Part shown: positions 41,345 to 54,256 of the stretch, one piece after another
How the letters are laid out: each line of letters starts with the position of its first letter
Numbering within the stretch: the first letter of the stretch is position 1
NCBI GenBank assembly: GCA_951406725.2
Contig: OX597820.1
Coordinates: 63,302,001 to 63,366,000 of the forward strand
Source of the DNA: Octopus vulgaris
Taxonomy: Eukaryota
DNA: 64,000 bases
Direction: 5' to 3'
Position numbers and translations under genes: made by a program
Notes under the pieces: model-generated
Seen by the model: only the letters and a program-made list of their open reading frames with translations
Told to the model about the DNA's origin: nothing
Databases searched by the model: none

Positions 41345-41970
41345 GTGTATGTGTTTGTGTGTGTAACTGTGTGTATGCATACGCGAGCATCTCTCTGTAT
41401 GTATATACGTGCGTGTGTATGTATGTATATATATATTAGTACATGTGTATATATGTGAGTGCGTTTACATATCAGTATATGAGTGCGTGTGAGTGTATAT
41501 CTGTATGTAAAATATATATGAATATATACGTGAGTATATGTGTGTGTGAATGTGTCCGAGCGTTAATAAGCTTATAAGTCAGGTATGGACAACCGAATGC
41601 GTAACCAACCGCGAAGAAAAAAAACAACAATACAAAGAAATTAAATGCCAACCACTTTAAAATTGCAAACACTTTAACAGCAGCAAAATCACCATCTCAC
41701 TACATCTACTCGTTCGTAGCAGTTTACCAAGAATCCTTCACCAACAATATACCCTAATATTTTCAGTGACAATTACTAAATTCAGGCAACGAAGATGTTC
41801 TTGTAGCCGAGAATTTTGAACGGAGACAATATTTGCTTATAACCTGAGGAAACACAACTAGATATCAAATTGCAAGGAAGTGGCTACATAATCAAGTATG
41901 TGCACGCAATTAGAACTACGTTGCGTAGAAGCAATTGTAGCGGTTAACAAATAAATGTTCAACTGTACTC
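39212..41970 (+). mobile_element. Decayed Penelope-like element with an inverted 5' pLTR
   Basis: RT motif LTARETVMYYDYKIWT...GSNDSAQVTDIVG, plus KIGKYFLAALDRCFPKTHKYYRIFNK, NCSCRKKSDCPL and WSIIK...DLCLVEALCILL, all homologous to the 54-56 kb element. 39212-39365 is an inverted copy of 41818-41970. Confidence 0.88.
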
Positions 41971-42000
41971 CTTGTTGACTCCAACTTTTCAATTATCCAA

Positions 42001-42111
<111 letters not shown>

Positions 42112-42139
42112 ACCTCTCTCTCTCTCTCTTTATATATAT

Positions 42140-42301
42140 AGGTGTAGAAGTGGCTGTGTGGTAAGTAGCTTGCTTAAGAACCACATGGTTCCGCGTTCAG
42201 TCCCACTGCGTGAAACTTTGGGCAAGTGTCTTCTACTATAACCTCAGGCCGACCAAACCTTGTGAGTGGATTTGGTAGACGGAAACTGAAAGAAGCCCAT
42301 A

Positions 42302-42302
<1 letters not shown>
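42140..42302 (+). mobile_element. SINE family A, 5' half
   Basis: Head through gaaagaagccc, then (TA)n. Confidence 0.88.
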
Positions 42303-42359
<57 letters not shown>

Positions 42360-42917
42360 GTGTGTGTGTGTGTACATTTATATATAACTAAGGATACACA
42401 CACTCGCATATATATAGATACACGACATCATGATGAATATTGGAGAATTATACATTTCATGGAATATGAAGGAATTTCTTTGATAAATGAATAGTGAAAA
42501 TGTGTAATTTTCCATTTCGCATTATGATGATTTGATCATATACTCAGTAAACAACATAAAATTCACTAGAGCGAACTCGGGATTAAATTAGTACAATTTA
42601 GTTGTTCTTAAAGGATTCTAAATGTTCCTTCTCATTCAATGTGGTAAGAAAATTCTGGAATGTATCGGAGTGCTCATAAGGAGGTACCCGTTCAGATTTC
42701 AAATCTGTATTTCTTAATGTATATATATATTTATATAAGGAGGTTACGAGAGGTAATGGTGTCATTAATACCCGAAAGTATCAGGTTCCAGGTTCGGGGA
42801 TAATGCGAATAAGGGGTTCAACGTTGGTCATATGTCAGCGTGTGTATATAAAAAGTTTTTTCGTAATGAGATAAAAAACCAAGGCCGTGTAGATTTTAGA
42901 ACATTTATAGATAGAAG

Positions 42918-42965
42918 GTCTTACAGCTGTTTCCAGAATATTTGTTATATCCCTTCATCGGAGAC
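42918..42965 (-). ncRNA. Hammerhead-like motif (CAGCTG stem III family)
   Basis: Reverse complement: gtct-CCGATGA-agggata...tattctg-GAAA-cagctg-TA-agac. Perfect 4-bp stem I; U4C change in the core. Confidence 0.7.
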
Positions 42966-43902
42966 GGAGTGTGAGTATGGTTAAGAAATAGTTAATTTAG
43001 ATAAGATATAAAGTAGAGTAAGGTAGAGTAAATAAAAGAAAATAGATGTGAGATATGTAGGGATACTGTATTTGTAGATTCATTTTTTTAGGCAGAATGG
43101 TATACATATAAGATTCCAATACCTTATGAGAAAAATCCAATAGTATTTAAAATTGGTCATTCCAAGTATAGAGTTTATACACAGTGTCTTTGAAACTATT
43201 TTTTTCATTTAAAAAGACCTAAAAATAAGTAGTGCACTAGTAAGGTCAAATCGAAAAGAGGAAGAGAGGAATTAAGAAAGAGAAAAAGAATATATATATA
43301 TATATAAATGTAGTTTTGCGTCAACTAAGAAGTTTATCGGAAATATAAGTTGCACAACACTAACTTGACACCATACATAAATTTTAGATCATATGAACAC
43401 AAGTGGTATCTGGAATATTTCAGCAATCATAACCGTGACGTAAATTACGGCATGAAATTCGATAGGGCGGGGAGAAGGGGTATCATATGTCAGTAAACGT
43501 AGCGTCAGGCAATAACATGTATTTGCTTTCAATAAACTTATCGTAGAAATTTTAAGTTAAAATTTCTAGTGGTTCGAAAATATGTGCATTAAGAAAAACT
43601 CACACACATTCAAAAATAAAACAAAACTAGTTTTGAAATTTTATATTTAAGAAAATTAATATTATATATTTTGTCTTGCAGTTATGTTTGCTTTATGTTT
43701 TGCATTGCAGAGAAATTTAAATGAAAAAAAAAAACGTAAATAAATAATTGAATTGAGAATTATTATAATTGAATATATAAATAAATACATTATTTACATA
43801 TCGCTTAAAATCCTTTCACGTATTTCAAGTGGTGTATGTCAAACACATTCTGAAAGATTTAACTGAATTTTTCTCATTTTCTCGTTTTGTCAGAAAGGCG
43901 TA

Positions 43903-43922
43903 TGTATACATGATATATGTAA

Positions 43923-43962
<40 letters not shown>

Positions 43963-44121
43963 CAATATATATATATGTATGTATATATATATATTTATGT
44001 ATATATGTATATATGTCTGTATGTATGTATATATATATGTATATATGTATATATATATGTGTATATATATGTATATATATATATACATATATATATATAC
44101 ATATATGTATATATGTATATA

Positions 44122-44171
<50 letters not shown>

Positions 44172-44320
44172 CAAACACGTACATCGTACATTCCTGTGTG
44201 TTTAGTCCTGTACGTATATGCTATGCATGTACAAATATGTGTTTGTGTGTGTGTTTTTTTGTGTATATGTTTGTGTATGTATGTGTGAATGTGTGTTTCT
44301 ATGTGTGTATGCATATGATT
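43903..44320. repeat. Long degenerate (TA)n/(TG)n tract
   Basis: Seen directly in the sequence. Confidence 0.95.
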
Positions 44321-44552
44321 CAGGATTTCGCTTAGGCATAGCGATACTAGTAACCTGCTGTTACGACTCAATATACATTTGGTTCAGAAGAAAGCGCTTT
44401 AGAAGAGTACCGTGTGTAATATAAGAAATTTCATGTACATAGACATGCATATTCATTTATACATATACACATATATTTGTACGCATATATATAGGTAGAT
44501 AGATACATACATACTCACATGCATACGTACAGACACACACACATACATATAA

Positions 44553-44603
<51 letters not shown>

Positions 44604-44675
44604 CAAAAAAATGGAGTTAACGCAGGTGTAATCAAATATTTTTACTTTCGACACATGTTTCGAAAATTCTACTGA

Positions 44676-44714
<39 letters not shown>

Positions 44715-44739
44715 TATTTATATACAGACACACAGATAT

Positions 44740-44780
<41 letters not shown>

Positions 44781-45879
44781 GAGAGAGAGAGATATGCAAA
44801 TATACGTAAACACAAATGTGTATGCATAGAGATAGAAGTATTGATAGATAAATGCATAGACAAACAGATAGATACATAGTTAGATAGAATGATAGACATA
44901 TAGATAGAAAGAAAGAGTGAGGGGGTATAGTACATAGTTTAAAATCTTCAATTGAAGAGAAAATGCTGCTTCTTCCTTCGATAAGTATAAATTTTAGCGA
45001 GAGATATATGGCGTAACTTTTTGAAATTTAGAACGATGTGAATGTTACAGCAAGAAACCCTTGAACTCCTTAAAACAAATATGGTTAAAATCTATATCGT
45101 CAGACAGTGTTTGTATTTTACTCAGATGTTGGCGCAAATAGATTACAGTAGCAAAATTTCCTTCTTTTTATGGATATGTGCTCTCCATTTACTTATTGGA
45201 GAGCTGCCTTTGATTTGTAGAAGATTAGATTGTTCTTTCTCGCATGATATTGTTTCTCACATGACTTTGTAACATAGTGGCCCTCCTGCTAGCTGGCTCG
45301 TTTACAGCTCTGAGCTTGGTTGAAACAACTACCACTTTTGCTAGCAATCTTTTACTGATGATAATAGTCATAGATCTTATGCAAAAATTCCTGATGTATT
45401 TTATAACATGGAGACATATTCCTCTATTTTACTATTTTAGTATACCTAGCGTACTATATGTTCATTGACTTACATATTAACGTTGTTTATATAACCTCAT
45501 GCACCAGAGCATCCCCGTATTTCATGGCGAAATTGCATGATAAATCTACTGGATGTAACTTCGTTTATCACAACCTCTATTATTCCATAGACCGCATAAG
45601 CTGCGAAGATAATGAAGACATTTCAAAAGCTGTAAAAAGGGTGGTGGAAAATAGACAAGAACAACACATTTAAGCTATCCCTTATTATGCTAGTCATATC
45701 TATGCCAGGCACCAAAGCAATCTATATTTCAGTATTTCTGTTAAGAAGATGCATACACCCGTACGAGTTTGTCATAAAACATAGAATTGTATTGTTAATT
45801 TGAAGTTCGGATTTTCCTCGAATGGAAACGCTGGTCAGTCTAGCCCATTGGGGTGGAAAAAATTCTCAATGAACCTTAC

Positions 45880-46500
45880 GTGCAGAGTAAATTAAAGTGG
45901 CATTTTACTACTAAACTTTCGCAAATGCAGGATAATTACTTTCAAAGATTCTGAGAACAAAGATCGATGCATCGTAATACGTTTGAAAGAATATTGACCT
46001 GAGTCTCAAACGGCTCAAATGGTTTTAATGAGATAGCTGTCATGATAGGCACAAAATCCAGGTTTCATACCGGAAATGGGTCCACTATCTCGCCAGCTTG
46101 TAAAACTATGGTGGAAATCATGGAGGAAAAAGCTAAAGAAAGTATTAACAAAAATTTCAAATGATACAACACACACAAACACTTAGATCTAAGAAATGAT
46201 CCCTATTTTAGCTAATCAGCTGAAAACACTGGAAGAAAACGTTGACTGCTATTTCCCTAATTGAGCAAAGAAAATTGCAACTGGGGTCAAAAAGACTTCA
46301 TAAATAATCCATTCCAATGGTCGCAAGTTTACAACAAAACACTCGTAGATACACATTATCAATTTCATTTGAAATAAAATGACCCCACGAGAGAAATTTC
46401 GCTGGTTTGATATAGAAATGAGGGTATAGTTAACCAATATACTTAACCCACGTGTTGAAGCAATGGCAAAAAAACCCCAGCCGACTCAAGTTGCTCACTA
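45880..46500 (+). mobile_element. Highly decayed hAT (Buster/Charlie-like) transposase 3' part
   Basis: Patchy motifs: QMQ..KIDA, QLKTLEENVDCYFP, and PRVEAMAKK followed after a frameshift by QVAH*. These resemble Buster-type C-termini; many disruptions. Confidence 0.4.
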
Positions 46501-47620
46501 ATCAATCTCCATGATAGGATACTAAAAAGAAGGACGTTCATAGCTGTGGTGTTTAACAATCTGAGGTTTTTACAATAATATTTAAAATTGCATATTTTTA
46601 GGTAATTTAAAAATTTTCGTACCAAGTTTTCAATGACATTTTCATGTGCTCCTAGACATGCTATGAGAAAAATAAAAAGACCGAGAACCACTGATATAGA
46701 ACATAAGGAAAGATCGAAATCCTCTTAAAAGTCAGCGATGGAGTCCGTTGAATAAGAATAAGAAAAACGAAGAGTATGGCAGATGCATAGATAAGAGCGA
46801 CAAGTTGTCGCTATAATATTTTAAGTTGAGACCGAACAGTGTTTTCAGCAAGGATGATGTGCAGTAGAATTAAATACCAAAGAATGATAAATTCTATAAA
46901 AAGAAAGGTTGAAAATGAATAGGAATTGTTGACCAGTCCTCTGTTAGACATAGGTGCTTGGATGTCAACGTGTCAACATTTTAGAATCCATCCGATGTAC
47001 AAAAATGTGACAGCCTCAGTTGAACATTAAGAAAAGCTGATAGGCAAAGGCGATCTGATTAGGGGTTGTGATTAAATAGTAAGGGAAGTAATTAAGAAAT
47101 ATAATGACGAAGATAAATATTGAATAAAGTCTAAAGGAAATAAACTCGTACGGTTATTAGATCTTATAATAGACAATGCTAAGGGTAAAGTCTATTAATT
47201 AGAAGACTTTACTAGAACATGTCAGTATCAAAGAATAGAAATAAGTAACACATATTGCCATAAGACAAATAAGATAAATACTTTTTGAAGTTTCGGAGTC
47301 GGCTAAATATAATAGCTGGTATTTAGGAGTTCAAAAGATTGTGAACGTCCGCTGAAAATCTGGATGGACTTTATATAGAGACACGTGAAGTTCATCGGTG
47401 TAAAAGCGGCCTCTTCGTTTTAATAATGGACAGAGTAATTTTTTGTACTGTATGTGATTAGGTAAGGAAGAGGAACATTTATGTTTAGAAACAGAAAATG
47501 AAAGACTGTCTCATTTAAACACAAAACTTCGAAATATATAGCTGTACAAATATATATGTATACATATATTTGTATATAGGCATATATATATATGCATACA
47601 TAATTACATATATATAGATA

Positions 47621-47656
<36 letters not shown>

Positions 47657-47673
47657 TGCATATATATAAATAT

Positions 47674-47732
<59 letters not shown>

Positions 47733-47741
47733 TGTACATAC

Positions 47742-47777
<36 letters not shown>

Positions 47778-48016
47778 TATATGGGTACAAGGCATCAAAA
47801 AACGTTGAACGCAATGAGAAAACATAAAAACAAAAACATAGAAACGAACTTGTTTTTCAAACAATGAAAAAAACAGAGTACAAAACATACAATAATCATT
47901 GTGTTGTATGACTTGTACTGTATGGATATATGCATATATTTATATATTATTTATATTATTATATGATCGAACGCCACGCATCCTTTTCCAAGTATATATA
48001 TATATATATATATACA

Positions 48017-48230
48017 TTTCTTTACTACCCACAAGAGGCTAAACATGGAGGCGACAAACAAGGAGAGACATAGGTATTAAGTCGATTACATCGACCCCAG
48101 TGCGTAACTGGTACTTAATTTATCGACCCCGAAAGGATGAAAGGTAAAGTCGACCTCGGCGGAATTTGAACTCACAACGTAACGGCAAACGAAATACCGT
48201 TAAGCATTTCTCCCGGCGCGCTAACGTTTC
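48017..48230 (-). mobile_element. SINE family B with Tx1-like tail
   Basis: Closely similar to 18893-19122. Confidence 0.9.
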
Positions 48231-48268
<38 letters not shown>

Positions 48269-48319
48269 TGCTTGTATTATTACAAATGTTTTCGTATGTA
48301 CATGCATATGGTTATAAAA

Positions 48320-48365
<46 letters not shown>

Positions 48366-48368
<3 letters not shown>

Positions 48369-48724
48369 GCAGGAGTTGCTGTGTGGTAAGTAGCATGCTT
48401 ACCAACCTTGAAAAAGTGTCTTCTACTATAGCCTCGGGCCGACCAAAGCCTTGTGAGTGGATTTGATAGACTGAAACTGAAAGAAGCCCGTCATATATAT
48501 GTATATATATGTGTGTGCGTGTATGTTTGTGTGTCTGTGTTTGTCCACCTAGCATTGCTTGACAACCGATGCTGGTGTGTTTATGTCCCTGTCACTTAGC
48601 GGTTCGGCAAAAGAGACCGATAGAATAAGTACTGGGCTTACAAAGAATAAGCCCCGGGGTTGAGTTGCTCGATTAAAGGCGGTGCTCCAGCATGGCCACA
48701 GTCAAATGACTGAAACAAGTAAAA

Positions 48725-48725
<1 letters not shown>
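48366..48725 (+). mobile_element. SINE family A (deletion in head)
   Basis: Homologous to 9284-9707. Confidence 0.9.
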
Positions 48726-48797
<72 letters not shown>

Positions 48798-48993
48798 CAC
48801 AGAGAGACACAGAGAGAGAGAGACAGAGAGAGACAGAGAGAGAGAGAGATGCATACATATATGTGTTTGCGTGTGTGTTCGCGTGCATATATCAATGACC
48901 ACTATTTCTATTTATCTACCAAACTGAGCAAAAAAGAGAAAAAAGTTGAAAATATGTATGATACCAATTTAGTAATACTTATACTATTTTAGT

Positions 48994-49250
48994 GGAGGCG
49001 CGTGGCTTAATGGTTAGGGTGTCAACATTATGATCGTAAGATCGTGGTTTCGATTCCTGGACCGGGCGACGCGTTGTATTCTTGAACAAAACACTTCATT
49101 TCACGTTGCTCCAGTCCATTCAGCTGGCAAAAATGAGTAACGCTGCGATGGACTGACGTCCCGTCTAGCTGGGGAACACATACGCGATTAGAATCGGGAA
49201 ACCGGGCCCATGAGCCTGGCTAGGCTTTAAAAGGGGCGCATTTATTGTTT
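48994..49250 (+). mobile_element. Full-length SINE family C with 9-bp TSD
   Basis: tRNA-like head (tggcttaatggttaggg...gtttcgattcc); TSD actatttta at 48983 and 49256. Confidence 0.92.
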
Positions 49251-49459
49251 ATTAGACTATTTTAACAGTGCGGATCAGAAAATATGCTTTGAATGACGAG
49301 TATTGAACTTCAGAGTAAGATTTTGTCGAATTTGACTTGCACTGAAAGTTTATTATAACCTTGGCTGTGTGTGGTATACACAAAGCTGATTCTAGGAAGT
49401 TTCAGATTACACGGATAGGCCGTTATAGCTGTTCTACGTCACTGTAGCTTTTCGTATAT

Positions 49460-49960
49460 CATTTCTACCCCACGAATAAGTTGACCTGCTAACTTTCTTT
49501 TTCCTCCAGATTGAAGGAGATGGCTGTGAAACAACCTTCAATGCACCCTACTAGACACAGTTTGTCACAGCGGACTACTTAGCAGAATGTAGTGGGGGTA
49601 TTTGCAGATACGCTGTGCGGAAACATTTTGTGCTAAACTGAACAGAGATTCTTCATATTGCTTATGATTTAAGTTTCTCACTGGTACAAGCGGTCCAAGG
49701 TATATAGAGAGGCGACAAGAGACGATGAGAAATATGGATGTAGTGTGTGTGTGGAGGGGTGTCATCAGAACATCAGAGCTGGTTGGGAAAATTTACAATT
49801 TTCTGAATGAAGACCATCGTGTCTCCATAAAAACAATACGCATACATATCGTATGCGTATTCTACACAGAATCGCATGCAGCAATTGCACACATAGTTAT
49901 TCTTGAACCACTGAGCATTCGCAAACTTGGGCAATATTTGTCCCCAGGTTGTACAGTTAC
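49460..49960 (+). mobile_element. Mariner transposase remnants
   Basis: RTSELVGKIYNFLNEDHRVSIKTI...HIVILEPLSIRKL..YLSP resembles the mariner second HTH and WVP region; a DL..NFLFPP.LK-like piece lies near 49480. Confidence 0.5.
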
Positions 49961-50164
49961 TGTGAACCAACTAAACAGAGATGGGCATGAAAATTGCTCA
50001 TTATCCTCACTACATTTCAGACCCAGGAAGAGAAAGGAGGCTGTAACCACAGCCCTGAATATCTAGACTTTGGATTTCTGGCTAGATGTGTCGAAGGAAA
50101 GATGTCTTGTGAATTAAAATATTCCTTTCCACGAATAACTATAGATGTGGTAAATTAGTGAGTA

Positions 50165-50338
50165 TACGTGAAGGAGTTGACCGTGAGGTAAGTAGCTTGG
50201 TTAAGAACCACATTGCTCCGGTTTCAGTCCCACTCCGTGGCACCTTGGACAGGTGTCTTCTACTATAGCCTCGGGCCGACCAAAGCCTTGCGAGTAGATT
50301 TGGTAGACGGAAACTGAAAGAAGCCTGTCGTATATATG

Positions 50339-50401
<63 letters not shown>

Positions 50402-50634
50402 ATATATATATGCATGTATGTGTGTGTGTATATTTGAGTTTCCTCCCCTCAATGTCGCTTGACAACCGATGCTGGTGTGTTTACGTCCCCGTAACTTAGC
50501 GGTTCGGCAAAAGTGGCCGATAGAATATGTACTAGGCTTCTAAAGAATAAGTCCTGGGGTCGATTTGCTCGATTAAATGCGTTGATCCAGCATGGCCACA
50601 GTCACATGGCTGAAACAAGTAAAAGACTAAAAGA

Positions 50635-50635
<1 letters not shown>
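50165..50635 (+). mobile_element. Full-length SINE, family A
   Basis: Homologous to 9284-9707. Confidence 0.9.
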
Positions 50636-50695
<60 letters not shown>

Positions 50696-50733
50696 TATGT
50701 ATGTATAAGGGTGAAAAGGAACACACGAGTTGA

Positions 50734-51706
50734 TATATATGAAAAAACAAGTCAAAATAGAAAATGCTAAAATAATTTTATAAAGAACATTTCAGTACCG
50801 GTTTCGGTCATTTTGAGACCTTTTCAACTGTAACGATTAAATAATTAAATTTGGAAAAATTAAAAGAAAAGTTTTTTTAAAGGAATATTTGTATAGTGTT
50901 CAAATATAAGTGGCATTCTGCCTTTCTCTGTCTCCCTTGTTTGCACTTGTGTGTTCGAGGCCGTTATTCCAAAGAATCCATTACAAATCAGCCCCAATCA
51001 CAGCCATAATCCATAACGTGCCAACTTCAAGTCATAGAACACCTCACTACTTTCACCCATTCATATTCTCCCTTCTCTTTTTTCTTCTTCTTCCACTTCT
51101 TCTTCATCATCCTCATTATCATCATCGTCGTCATCATCATCACCATCATCAACATCATCTTCTTCTTCTCCTTCTCCTTCTTCTTCTTCTTCATCATCAT
51201 CATCATCATCATCAGCATCGTCATCTTCTTCTTCTTCTTCTTCTTCTTCTTCTTCTTCTCCACCTTCTACCTCTTACCTTTATCACTAATGCTTTTTAGT
51301 ATAACACCTACGCAAATTCCATAAACAAACCTTTCAATAGAAATATTCTCCTGAATTGAACTGCAACTGCTAGCCGCCACTGACCATTCAAAATACGACC
51401 ATCAAGGCACTCCCAAATTTTCCACCCCCTCTCCTCATCAACCTTCTTCTTCTTCTACCCTACCAAGAATTCACAACGGCCTCGAACACACAAGTGCAAA
51501 CAAGGGAGACAGAGAAAGGCAGAATGCCACTTATATTTGAACACTATACAAATATTCCTTTAAAAAAACTTTTCTTTTAATTTTTCCAAATTTAATTATT
51601 TAATCGTTACAGTTGAAAAGGGCTCAAAATGACCGAAACCGGTACTGAAATGTTCTTTATAAAATTATTTTAGCATTTTCTATTTTGACTTGTTTTTTCA
51701 TATATA
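50734..51706 (+). mobile_element. Truncated Penelope-like element with about 232-bp inverted pLTRs, each carrying a U3-A8 hammerhead
   Basis: Arms 50734-50965 and 51475-51706, one mismatch seen. HHR cag-TTGAAAA-ggtc(tcaaaat)gacc-GAAA-ccgg-TA-ctg at 50793-50830 (-) and 51610-51647 (+). The spacer retains an endonuclease-like end RKFHKQTFQ*KYSPELN. Confidence 0.85.
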
Positions 51707-52030
51707 TGTATATATACGTATACGTATACATATACGTATACACAAACATGCACCACAACCCGCATACTTTGATACTTAAGTACATTTAGGACAGTACTGA
51801 CACTCGCCATGTCAAACTGGCGAAGTCATTCAAATGAGAATTCGTGCACCATGAGATACTCAAGTATAGAATTATAGTTTAAGGAGACATATCCGGGTGC
51901 AGTAGGTTTAGTCGAGATATCCTGAACATATTGGAGCAAAATTCCTCTTGAACTTTGTGGGAGGTGTTTCTGCTTTAATTTGTTTTGGTGTAGCTTATAT
52001 AGATTGATAGATACTGCGCTTCAGACATGC

Positions 52031-52223
<193 letters not shown>

Positions 52224-52265
52224 AGATTGATCAAAATAAAATAAAAACATGATGCGAAGGATTCA

Positions 52266-52343
52266 GCGGTACATATGTTTCGGGCCTTTATTAGACAGAT
52301 TTATAACAATGCATAATGTATGTCTGTGGCCTTCTTCAGCCGC
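52266..52343 (-). ncRNA. Type-I hammerhead ribozyme motif with long stem II insert
   Basis: Reverse complement: gcgg-CTGAAGA-aggcc(about 45 nt, including acaga/tctgt)ggccc-GAAA-catatg-TA-ccgc. Confidence 0.82.
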
Positions 52344-54256
52344 GCACAACAGCTTCCGCAAGGACATGTGTTACATCAAAAATTCTTGGTTGGGGATGCA
52401 AATCCTCTCATTCACGTACGACATAATGCGGCAGCAGCATAGAATTGAAGCGTCCATCTCTTTCTTCTCTCAATGTAGAATGAGGAAAATTGGATGTTGA
52501 GGTAATGTAAATAAATAAATACATATATAGAGGTGAAGATGGAGGGGCGAGAGTTCGGGACGAGGGATAGACAATGTATAAAAAGTGTAAGTATAGAATA
52601 ATATAAAAATGTAGAGGATAAAGATATAAAGAGTTGTAAGGAGATGTAAAGGGGGTATAAAGAAATATAAAGAAATGTAAATAAATGTAAAGGCATAAGG
52701 TTATAAAGTAAAAATAGAAATAGAAATAAAAGTAAAAAAATCTGATAAGACCGTGATAAAAGTGTAAAAGAATGTAAAGATAAGGGATGTATAGAGGTTA
52801 CGGACCAAGCATGGTGGTCAGGAGATTGATAAAATTTAGTTGTAGAATTGTCAGTAAATCAACAGTAAATCAACAGTTTCGTCTGGGGACTTAATGCGTT
52901 GTAAATCAGAGCTGATGAGCATTTAATCTGGTTCCTTGAATTAAATGGACTTCTAGTACATACATATCATCATGGATACATACACCCACATACACGCGTA
53001 CATATACGCCTCCAAGCATATAAGCATACACACGCGCTCGCGTGTAAACACGTACATAAACACACACGCACCCACACGCACGCGCGTACACACACATACA
53101 TACACCAGAATATCCGCATATATACACGGACATTACGCGCGTACACGCTCACATGTATATACGCGCGCCCATCACTACATACACACACGTATATGCCCAC
53201 GCCTCTAGGTCCAGGTATAAGATATTAAAGGATGTGTATAAGAACGTAAGTAAAGAATCCCGTACTCATGTCAATACGCGCACGCACACACGGCTGTGTG
53301 TCCGTATGTGCGTGCACATATACACTCACATACACACACAGAGAGACACACGCGCACATGGGTGCAGCTATAAGATATCGAAGTATGCATGTACACATAT
53401 GCGCGTGCATATGTATGTATGCGTATACACACGTACGCGGACGCTCGTATATTCAAAAGATGGATCCATAGGTAAGTAAATAAACATATATAGAGGTGTA
53501 AAGCGATAAGTTAGGGGTAAGAATGAGGGTAAGGGTAAAGATTAGAAATAAAAAATACAGTATAGAATAAGAAATACAATGTAATAGTTAGAAATGAAGT
53601 ATAAGAATTATAAAAATTATAAGAGTTAAGGTAAGGGATGAAAATGAAAATGAGAATAAATGGAAGTAGAATAAAAGTAAAAATAAAATTAAAAATAAAA
53701 ATAAATGGAAGTAGGATAAAAGTAAAAGTAAAAGTAAAAATAAAAATAAAATAAAATAAGATAAAAATGAAATTTTGTAAAGTTTAACATGAGATGGAGG
53801 TGGTTGAAAGTTAGAGGTGTGTGTTAAACGTAGGGGCGGGCGGGGGGAACTGAAAATTGGAAGGGTGGGAAGTGGAGTTTGGCGGTGTGCGTTCAACATC
53901 TGAGTTAGAAATGTGAAAGGGTATAGATATAGGGAATTAAAGAGACTACATAGGGAGGATATGGGTGTAGGAGAAGAAATATTTAGGGAAAAGAAGTCAT
54001 ATATGGGAGACAAAATTTGTATATATAGGGGGAAAATGCAGGGAACCGTATATGCACATACACACACCTACACACACACACACACACGCACATGTGTATA
54101 TATATGTATATGTACACATACGTACACGTATGTGCACATACATACGCACACACACACACACACACATACACACGCACATATAGGAAAGCGGGATGTGCTG
54201 GAGCCGACAGGTTGCACCGGGTGGGAGGAAATTGCATGGGGGAGTTGGTATAAGAC

